Position numbers and translations under genes: made by a program. The notes beneath the pieces are model-generated. The model searched no databases and was not told the origin of the DNA. It saw only the letters and a list, made by a program, of their open reading frames with translations. From assembly GCA_027024305.1 (NCBI GenBank), contig JALVSO010000027.1:1959-25958 (forward strand): DNA of 24,000 nt. Direction: 5' to 3'. Source of the DNA: Candidatus Parcubacteria bacterium. GTDB taxonomy: Bacteria; Patescibacteriota; Minisyncoccia; Phycocordibacterales; GCA-2747955. How positions within the stretch are numbered: the stretch's first letter is position 1; the number at the start of each line of letters is the position of its first letter. Positions 17,565 to 24,000 of the stretch are shown in pieces.

Positions 17565-18107
17565 ATGGAATTTTTTTCTAAGGATGGAGGTGTTGTTGTT
17601 GTGCCGTGGGGCACACAGCAACACCTCCGCGCTCACCCGGACGTCTTGGATGTCCTGGGTGAGGCAATTTCAAAAATTGAACTCCCCACGGATGGGGAGT
17701 TTCTGAAAACGACCGTTGATCTGGGAAGGGTTATCGGTCGTTCCGGGGCGGTGGAGACCGACCCGATTCAATACGACGAGCAGACCTGGTTTGCCCATCG
17801 TATTGGGCGGGACGGACCTTCACGTGTTGTTTTGGACACGGAAGGTCCGGAGGTTTCCACCGTTGCGATCCTGGCGTTCCAAGCCAGGGATCGCAGCACC
17901 GGGAAAATCCAGCCGGGCAAGTACATCCTTGCTACGGCATGGATCGGCTCGGCGGAGGCCGAGCGAGAGCCCTGGGACAAGGGCATAAAAACAGAGCGGG
18001 AGCGCCAAGCCGCACTGCGGTATTGGTGCTCCCATGCTCTGGTCTATGACAAGGAGGTCATGGACAAGCCCTTCCAATCTTCATGGAAGGAGATTTTGGA
18101 AGGGTGA
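17565..18107 (+). CDS. hypothetical protein (180 aa)
   Basis: RBS GGGAGGG. Globular-looking composition. Apparent TGA stop followed by an intrinsic terminator. Family not recognised; the N-terminal HLRAHPD is only a weak hint of a nuclease-type His motif. Confidence 0.65.
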   Translation: MEFFSKDGGVVVVPWGTQQHLRAHPDVLDVLGEAISKIELPTDGEFLKTTVDLGRVIGRSGAVETDPIQYDEQTWFAHRIGRDGPSRVVLDTEGPEVSTVAILAFQARDRSTGKIQPGKYILATAWIGSAEAEREPWDKGIKTERERQAALRYWCSHALVYDKEVMDKPFQSSWKEILEG

Positions 18108-18114
18108 ATCTTTT

Positions 18115-18160
18115 TCCCGAGCGGTGGTGTTGTGGTGACATCACACGCTCGGGACTTTTA
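18115..18160 (+). terminator. intrinsic terminator, CCGAGCGG-hairpin family copy 2
   Basis: TCCCGAGCGG...CGCTCGGGA followed by CTTTTATT. The inner helix GTG/CAC covaries with GTA/TAC in copy 1. Confidence 0.75.
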
Positions 18161-18206
18161 TTGTGCCGGTAACTTTCCAAGTTACGGGCACATAGAAGTT
18201 TTTCAT

Positions 18207-18324
18207 TTTTTTTCACGGACTCCCTTGTCCGTTCAATTGTGCCGGTGATGAACCGGAAGTCCTACGGGGCGCGAACAGACAAGGGGCTTGCCGAAAGGTG
18301 AGTGTTCTGTTCGTGGAGAGAGAA
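18207..18324 (+). promoter_or_regulatory. structured 5' leader, copy 1 of 2
   Basis: ~95% identical to 19042-19159. It contains ACGGAC-tccctt-GTCCGT, CCGG-tgatgaa-CCGG, and GAACAGA...[CUUGCC-GAAA-GGUGAG]...UCUGUUC, then the GGAGAGAG RBS. Confidence 0.6.
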
Positions 18325-19041
18325 ATGAAGGCGTTGGAAAAAATCAACATCGCCGCGCCGTTTGTTTTCGCTGCAGTGGAGTCGATTACCCTGATAGAGC
18401 CCTCTATTTGGAGGGCGAATGCCGACATCCGTTTTTATATGGATATCTGGTATTCGATTTGGGTGGTCAGTGTTGGGATGCAATACGCTCCGAAATGGGC
18501 GATTGCATTTCTTACATGGTCTCTATTGCCACCGCTCCTCGGTGTGTACGAGGGGGCGAGGTACGAAAACGCATCCGATGCATTTTTGCGCCTTGATGCG
18601 TTGATTTGCGTAGGGTTTTTGCTCTACGAAATAGCAATCATAGAGGTTGCCCATCACCACTTTGAAAAAGTTTTTGGATGGCTCCTGCCGTCCAAATATG
18701 AGGTGGTGGAGCGCATCGGTGTATCATGGATGATCCGGTGTTACAAGGAGTTGTATCGCCAAATGGCGCGATGGTGGAAGGTTGGAGGAAATCATGGATT
18801 GATGATTCTTTGCGCCTTAAGTTTTGCCAAATTCTTTGGTAACTCGGGACAAAAAAGAGGGAATTTGCTTCTCCACGAGATTGAGACCAGTGAAGTCTCA
18901 GTTCGTATCGCCGACAATGGAGATATAGTTTTGTCGGCAAGCAAGCGGACCCTAGACGTCGCAACCATTGCGATACGAAAGGCGGAGGAAGGCGGATTAA
19001 GCGCCGCCGTTGAATTCCTCCATTCGCACGCGGAAGTTTGA
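18325..19041 (+). CDS. hypothetical membrane protein (238 aa)
   Basis: ATG 18325 follows the GGAGAGAG RBS; the tracked start at 18298 lies inside the repeated leader. Several hydrophobic, Trp-rich segments. Apparent TGA stop at 19039-19041. Confidence 0.65.
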   Translation: MKALEKINIAAPFVFAAVESITLIEPSIWRANADIRFYMDIWYSIWVVSVGMQYAPKWAIAFLTWSLLPPLLGVYEGARYENASDAFLRLDALICVGFLLYEIAIIEVAHHHFEKVFGWLLPSKYEVVERIGVSWMIRCYKELYRQMARWWKVGGNHGLMILCALSFAKFFGNSGQKRGNLLLHEIETSEVSVRIADNGDIVLSASKRTLDVATIAIRKAEEGGLSAAVEFLHSHAEV

Positions 19042-19159
19042 TTTTTTTCACGGACTCCCTTGTCCGTTCAGCTTTGCTGGTGATGAGCCGGAAGTCCTGC
19101 GGGGCGCGAACAGACAAGGGGCTTGCCGAAAGGTGAGTGTTCTGTTCGTGGAGAGAGAA
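19042..19159 (+). promoter_or_regulatory. structured 5' leader, copy 2 of 2
   Basis: It starts immediately after the preceding stop codon. About 6 substitutions relative to copy 1, including CCGG>CTGG, which keeps pairing as G-U. Confidence 0.6.
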
Positions 19160-22100
19160 ATGAGCAACAAAAAGTTGCCGGTCGCGGAGTTCCGCGAGCA
19201 AATCGTTTCAACCGTTGCCTCTAATCCGGTAACGGTCATTACAGCTGAGACCGGCGCGGGCAAGTCCACGCAGGTGCCTCAGTACCTGCTGGACGAGGGT
19301 TACAACATCGTTGTGACCCAACCCCGGCGGTTGGCTGCTCGGACTGTTGCCGAGCGCGTGGCCGAGGAATACGGTTGCGAGTTTGGCGATATCGTTGGCT
19401 TCCGCACCGCCCATGACCGCCAGGACAGCGACAACACCCGTTGTCTTTTTGTCACGGATGGTCTGGCGCTGGTGCGTGAGCTTATGGGTGCCGGCACCCA
19501 CGACTGCCTGATTCTTGATGAGGTTCACGAGTGGAACCTCAATATTGAGGTACTCGTGGCGTGGGTGAAGAAGCAGGTCGCCCGGAATCCCAAATTCAAA
19601 GTGGTGCTGATGAGTGCCACTTTGGAGGCGGAGAAGTTGGCGAGCTTCTTTGGCGGTGCGCCCATCATTGAGGTGCCGGGACGTACCTTCCCCGTGGAGG
19701 AGCGCAAAGTCGGTGAAAGCCTGCACGACGACATTGTTGAGCTTGCTCGGCAGGGTCGAAATGTGCTGGTTTTCCAGCCCGGCAAGGCAGAAATTGAGGA
19801 AACCGTCAGGTACCTTGAAAATCTGCCGGACCTGGACGCCAGGGTTTTGCCGCTTCACGGTGGCTTGACCAAGGAGCAGCAGGCGGCGTGCTTCAAAAAC
19901 TATCACCAACCGAAGATTGTCGTCAGCACCAATGTCGCGCAGACATCGGTGACCATTGATGACATTATTGCGGTTGTTGATTCCGGGATGGAGCGCCGGG
20001 TGGAGCTGGTGGACGGGGTTGAGGGCTTGTACCTGCGCCCCATTTCACTGGCCGATGCCAAGCAGCGCCGGGGGCGTGCCGGCAGGACCAAGCCGGGGAT
20101 TTATATCGATCACTGCCCGGCCAAGCCGGAAGATCGGCGTGAGTTCCCGATGGCGGAAATCCTGCGGGTGCGCCTGGACCAAACCGTTCTCCGTTTGGCT
20201 ATGGCTGGCTTTGATATGGAGGAGCTTCGGTTCTTCCATCAGCCCAATATTGCTGAAATCCATGAGGCCAAGCGTGCTCTGCATGCTCTGGGTTGCATGG
20301 ATGAGAACGGGAAGGTTACGGAGGTTGGTCGCGCTGTTTCCCGTTTGCCGGTCTCCGTTCAGTATGGGCGGATGATTGTGGAAGCGGAGAAGCTCGGGGT
20401 TGTGGGCGATGTTATCAAGATCGCCGCAATTCTGGAGCAGGACGGCATCACCGCCCGCAAGGTCAAATTGGATGACCGCTGGGTGGAGGCTAAGCCTCTG
20501 TGGCTGCCGCTGACCAACGGGGAGAAGGAGTCGGACGCTCTGGCTCAGCTCAATGTGTATGAAAATGCACAGAGCATGAGCAAGTCCCAGATGTATGAGT
20601 CTGGGGTCTTCGTGAAGGACTTTTATTTCGCGAAGGAGCGAGTTCGCCTCCTGAAAAAAGCGCTGGAAAGGAGGGTTCGTCATATGGACTCAACCGGAAA
20701 GCGCGAGGACATTCTCCGGGCGGTTCTTGCCGGGATGGTGGATCACTTGTATAAGTATAATTACGGTGATTACCAAAACGGCGATGGGGTCAACCGCCGG
20801 ATCAACAAGGATTCCGTTGTATCTGGTGGCGACTGGATTGTCGGTAAACCCTTTGACCTGGAAATCAACGGTCGTTACGGACCGTTCACCATTAATTTGG
20901 TGACCATGGTCACAAAGGCGGACCCGATGATTCTGGCGGAAGTGGCACCCCAGCTGGTGACCATTGAAGCCGGTCTTTCTCCGCGATACAGTGTCGATCG
21001 AGGGTGTGTGGTATCTACCACAAAAACGCTCTTCAACGGCATGGTTATCAAGGAGGAGGAGGTTGATGACATCAACCATCCCGAAGCGTCGGCCATCCTG
21101 GATGAGCAGGCATGGAAGGAGTGGAAAGGTCCGGAGATTCTGGTTCCCGATTTCAGTTTGGCGGGTGAACTGCCGGCTGAAATTCCGGAAATCCGCGAGG
21201 AGGTCTATATCAAGTCGCGGGTGGATGGTCGTCCACTTTCTGCCTATGGGGTCGTTTATCATGACTCCTGGTCTGGTTGGAAAAGTAAGTGGACGCGGGA
21301 CCGGAAGGAGGCCGAAAGTCTCCACGAGCAAGCCGAGAAGAAGCTTGCCGAACTCCGGAAACAAAAAGCCGTCCGCGACTGTATTGAGCGCGAGCTTGAT
21401 GCGGTCAACCGTCGCCGGGAGGCGATCGGTTTGTCTCCGATTAAAATGCGGGATTCCGGTTTTTCTCACAACGGTTGGTCGCGAGACTATACCGAGGAGA
21501 AGTGGGAGAAGGTATTGCAGGAGACGGCGGATAAGGAAGCCGAGGCGGCTGCTGAGCGGGCCCGGGCCGAGAAGGAAGCCAAGGAGGCACGCCTCATTGA
21601 GGAAGGTGCCTTTACCGGTTTCACCGGGGTCTGGTGCCGTCGTAGTGGCTCCAACCAGGGTGATGGCTGGGTCATTCGTCCGGGCGGTTCTTTTCGGGAG
21701 CACGACTCCATTGATAACCCTCGTCCGCGTTACAAGAGTGAAGGGTATAAGTCGTGGAATGTTGTGCGCCCGGATGAACTGGCCATTTCCTGGCGGAAGC
21801 ATACCCGGGCCTCCGAACACGAGTTCGAAGTTGCTCATCTGCCGGAGTCTTTGACTGCCGAGCAGGTGAAGGCGATGGAGACTCTGCTGGAAGAACTGGA
21901 GGAGGCTTGGGACGGCGCCACCGGCCTGGCTTCGGGCAAGAAGAGCCCGAGCGTTGGTGAGGGTTGGGTTAACCCTGAGACGGGCGAAAGTCTGACCAAG
22001 GGGTTCCGGACCTCTCGTCAAAAGCGGGAGGGTTCCGAGGCTAGCTGGACCGGAAAGGCCGGAGGGGTTGAAGAGGAGACCAACTCCGTTGTTTATGAGA

Positions 22101-22162
22101 CGGGAGAGGTTGATTTCAATAATCCCTTCGCCGCTCTGGCCGCCCTGAAGGGGAAACTCTGA
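19160..22162 (+). CDS. DEAH/RHA-family (HrpA/HrpB/DHX-like) helicase with a long uncharacterised C-terminal extension (1000 aa)
   Basis: ATG 19160 follows the GGAGAGAG RBS; the tracked start at 19010 runs through the leader repeat. Motifs: TAETGAGKST, ILDEVHE, SAT, TNVAQTSVTIDD, QRRGRAGR. These are followed by HA2/ratchet-like and OB-like regions (WIVGKPFD...MVTKADPMILAEVAP). About 380 aa follow with a Lys/Glu/Ala coiled-coil and no family I recognise. Apparent TGA stop. Confidence 0.85.
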   Translation: MSNKKLPVAEFREQIVSTVASNPVTVITAETGAGKSTQVPQYLLDEGYNIVVTQPRRLAARTVAERVAEEYGCEFGDIVGFRTAHDRQDSDNTRCLFVTDGLALVRELMGAGTHDCLILDEVHEWNLNIEVLVAWVKKQVARNPKFKVVLMSATLEAEKLASFFGGAPIIEVPGRTFPVEERKVGESLHDDIVELARQGRNVLVFQPGKAEIEETVRYLENLPDLDARVLPLHGGLTKEQQAACFKNYHQPKIVVSTNVAQTSVTIDDIIAVVDSGMERRVELVDGVEGLYLRPISLADAKQRRGRAGRTKPGIYIDHCPAKPEDRREFPMAEILRVRLDQTVLRLAMAGFDMEELRFFHQPNIAEIHEAKRALHALGCMDENGKVTEVGRAVSRLPVSVQYGRMIVEAEKLGVVGDVIKIAAILEQDGITARKVKLDDRWVEAKPLWLPLTNGEKESDALAQLNVYENAQSMSKSQMYESGVFVKDFYFAKERVRLLKKALERRVRHMDSTGKREDILRAVLAGMVDHLYKYNYGDYQNGDGVNRRINKDSVVSGGDWIVGKPFDLEINGRYGPFTINLVTMVTKADPMILAEVAPQLVTIEAGLSPRYSVDRGCVVSTTKTLFNGMVIKEEEVDDINHPEASAILDEQAWKEWKGPEILVPDFSLAGELPAEIPEIREEVYIKSRVDGRPLSAYGVVYHDSWSGWKSKWTRDRKEAESLHEQAEKKLAELRKQKAVRDCIERELDAVNRRREAIGLSPIKMRDSGFSHNGWSRDYTEEKWEKVLQETADKEAEAAAERARAEKEAKEARLIEEGAFTGFTGVWCRRSGSNQGDGWVIRPGGSFREHDSIDNPRPRYKSEGYKSWNVVRPDELAISWRKHTRASEHEFEVAHLPESLTAEQVKAMETLLEELEEAWDGATGLASGKKSPSVGEGWVNPETGESLTKGFRTSRQKREGSEASWTGKAGGVEEETNSVVYETGEVDFNNPFAALAALKGKL

Positions 22163-22167
22163 GGGGT

Positions 22168-22320
22168 GGATTTGGGAGGAGGTGTTGGTTACACCTTCCT
22201 CCCTCCGGCTGTCATTTCTGGCAGCCGGGCTTTATAGCGGGTTTAAATCTTCTGAACGTCCCAGGGACGTACCGAACCCAGGGACGTACCGGATTTGAAT
22301 CTGCTTAGAGTTTTTTTGGA
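22168..22320 (+). repeat. module-end repeat, copy A2 (153 bp)
   Basis: It differs from 23826-23978 at only 2 positions. Layout: hairpin GGGAGGAGGTGT-tggtt-ACACCTTCCTCCC, hairpin CCGGCTG..CAGCCGG, then ACGTCCCAGGGACGT with a tandem duplication of CCCAGGGACGTACCG, then GATTTGAATCTGCTTAGAG plus T7. Confidence 0.85.
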
Positions 22321-22531
22321 AGATTTTAGGGAATAATTTTATAAGAATTTTAAAAGTAAATTAGTATTTCCCTCTTTGTATTTTTAGGAATATAAAGAGG
22401 GGGTTGTTAATACCCTCGTGCGTCTTAGCCGTTTAGGCTGTGCTCGACGCACAGCCCATGCAGAGGCATGGGTTAATTATGTGCCTGCGGGGATAGCCTT
22501 CATGGCTTGAAACGCGGGTGGAGGTCCTGAA

Positions 22532-23371
22532 ATGGACAAAAAAAACAAGGCGGCGACTGCCTCTAAAGTCGCAAAAAATCTGGTATTTTTTCTTGGTGGT
22601 GCCGACGCAGAGATGCGTCGCATCGCCGAGGTGCTGGCAGAGGCCGGCATTGAATACCATGACGCCGGCCTGGGCTGGGGCGCTGCCGCCTCGGCCTACG
22701 GTGACGCCATCGCCGAGGCCTCCGGCGCCGGCAAGACGCCGGTGCTGGTGGAGTTGGAGGTCGACTGCGACCTGCCCGAGGGGGTGGTCGTGGTTGACCA
22801 CCATGGAGATCGTGCCGGCGAGCCGCCGGCCATTCTGCAGGTTCTCAACCTGCTCGGCAGGGAGCCGAGTCGGTGGGACCTGCTGGTGGCGGCCAACGAT
22901 GCCGGGTGGTTTCCCGGTCTCGTTGGTGAGGCGGAGATCCCCGGTATGGGGCGTTTCTCCCCGCCGGCGACGGCGGAAGAGATGGCGGCGGTTCGTGCCA
23001 CTGACCGGGCCGCTCAGGGCATTACGCCTGAGCAGGAGCGGGAGGCGGAGCGGGCGCTGGCTGCCCTCGTTGAGGAGATTGGCGGCGTTCGGGTCATCCG
23101 GATGAGCCACTCCAAGACGGCACCGATTGGCGACCGCCTCGCCATTGATGCCCTCGCCTCCGGCCGGCCCATCCCGGCCTACCTCGTCCTCTCCGGGGAC
23201 GGGGAGGTGAACTTCTCGGGTGACGGTGCACTGGCCGCCGCCCTTCATGAGAAGTTCCCGGGTGGCTGGGCCGGCGGTGCCGGCCTCGGCAAGGTTGGGG
23301 GAAGCGCCTTTTGGGGCGGCTACCCCGACCACGAGGAGGCCCTCGCGTTCATTCGCGAGTATACCTCCTAA
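22532..23371 (+). CDS. hypothetical protein, weakly DHH-phosphoesterase-like (279 aa)
   Basis: RBS GGTGGAGG. It contains VVVDHHGD and a Gly-rich C-terminal segment (GGWAGGAGLGKVGGS). The assignment rests on short motifs only. TAA stop. Confidence 0.6.
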   Translation: MDKKNKAATASKVAKNLVFFLGGADAEMRRIAEVLAEAGIEYHDAGLGWGAAASAYGDAIAEASGAGKTPVLVELEVDCDLPEGVVVVDHHGDRAGEPPAILQVLNLLGREPSRWDLLVAANDAGWFPGLVGEAEIPGMGRFSPPATAEEMAAVRATDRAAQGITPEQEREAERALAALVEEIGGVRVIRMSHSKTAPIGDRLAIDALASGRPIPAYLVLSGDGEVNFSGDGALAAALHEKFPGGWAGGAGLGKVGGSAFWGGYPDHEEALAFIREYTS

Positions 23372-23604
23372 TCGAACTTCGCCACCGAGAGTGAAGTGAA
23401 ATAAAGTGCTCGGCCCGGTGCCTGCGTGGTGCAGGCGCCGGGAGGTTTGAGGCAAGCTTGGTTAAGTTTGCCTTTCTTATTCCGATTGCAAGGGTGTTTC
23501 TTTGCGGTCGGATAGGAAATTAGTCGCCGGGCTTTGTTGAGAGGTTCGGCAAAAATCAACTTTGCGGTGAGGGTAAAGACCCAACAATCCGCGGGAGACC
23601 AGCC

Positions 23605-23826
23605 ATGGCAGAAATATGCCATAATATAAAATGGGCACTAATCTGCCCATGGTCCTACGTCGTCATCCACCCGAACGGATACACCGTTCTGGTGGACAGG
23701 TACGAATGGAATCGTTTGGCAGAGGCCAAGGAAAGGGCCTATGAAGAGAACCAAAAAACCGATGCATATCTGCATCGGGTGTATGGGCCGTTTTGGCGCC
23801 CATATATTGATTCCAAAATATGTTAG
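23605..23826 (+). CDS. small Trp/Tyr-rich hypothetical protein (73 aa)
   Basis: Intact ORF with a GGGAGA RBS-like sequence. TAG stop, followed directly by repeat copy A3. Confidence 0.5.
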   Translation: MAEICHNIKWALICPWSYVVIHPNGYTVLVDRYEWNRLAEAKERAYEENQKTDAYLHRVYGPFWRPYIDSKIC

Positions 23827-23978
23827 GATTTGGGAGGGGGTGTTAGTTACACCTTCCTCCCTCCGGCTGTCATTTCTGGCAGCCGGGCTTTATAGCGGGT
23901 TTAAATCTTCTGAACGTCCCAGGGACGTACCGAACCCAGGGACGTACCGGATTTGAATCTGCTTAGAGTTTTTTTGGA
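23826..23978 (+). repeat. module-end repeat, copy A3 (153 bp)
   Basis: Near-identical to 22168-22320. AT-rich sequence resumes after the T-run. Confidence 0.85.
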
Positions 23979-24000
23979 GTTTTTAGAAAAACTTTTCTTG

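Noticed and set aside
16707-19630. Additional CTGATGA hammerhead cores at about 16707 and about 19608
   Set aside because: Neither has a following stem II plus the GAAA element or a suitable cleavage triplet and stems. Both lie inside well-supported coding sequence.
13803-23978. Integron attC sites and a cassette array as the explanation for the module-end repeats
   Set aside because: The two-box imperfect palindrome is superficially attC-like. However, I cannot find the RYYYAAC/GTTRRRY core sites and no intI is in the window. One module is ~8 kb with six genes and its own terminators. I kept it only as a loose analogy.
1-24000. CRISPR array
   Set aside because: I saw no series of regularly spaced direct repeats. 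The repeats present are two- or three-copy hairpin elements in distinct contexts.

Overview
The window has two contrasting parts.

**(A) 1 to ~11.0 kb.** This is an AT-rich segment (mid-30s %GC by eye) that looks chromosomal. It carries:
- pheT
- a DUF2914-like membrane protein
- a CofE-like protein
- a PIF1/RecD-type helicase
- a 928-aa unknown protein
- a TrmB-like regulator
- a MazF/PemK-like toxin

Six of these seven genes only become full length if TGA is read as a sense codon. I count about 27 in-frame TGAs, several at positions that are conserved Trp in the families. All seven genes stop with TAA or TAG. This fits translation table 4 (UGA=Trp) better than table 25.

**(B) ~11.0 to 24.0 kb.** This is a GC-rich island (high-50s/60 %GC by eye). 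All its genes are on the + strand with strong GGAGG-type RBSs. It has no in-frame TGA in about 2,800 codons, and three of its genes appear to end in TGA.

The island looks modular. There are three GC-rich blocks separated by short AT-rich patches. Each block ends in a related 3' repeat containing the palindrome ACGTCCCAGGGACGT followed by GATTTGAATCTGCYTAGAG and a T-run.

Its contents are:
- a canonical type III hammerhead ribozyme core (11557-11609)
- a ~540-nt hairpin-rich non-coding stretch upstream of the ribozyme
- a 1.17-kb ORF-free, hairpin-dense region (12273-13447)
- a MoxR-like AAA+ ATPase and vWA (MIDAS) protein pair
- a second ~0.7-kb non-coding region
- two unknown proteins
- a DEAH/RHA helicase with a ~380-aa uncharacterised C-terminal extension
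- a weakly DHH-like protein
- a 121-nt structured leader present twice, upstream of two consecutive genes

I found no tRNA, rRNA, CRISPR array, integrase or transposase.

The most interesting hypothesis is an RNA-centred accessory island that uses the opposite TGA convention from its flanking genome. It combines large structured RNAs, a self-cleaving ribozyme, AAA+/vWA proteins, an RNA-type helicase and a possible phosphoesterase. Assembly chimerism must be excluded first.

Everything here was read by eye, with no searches or folding computations.
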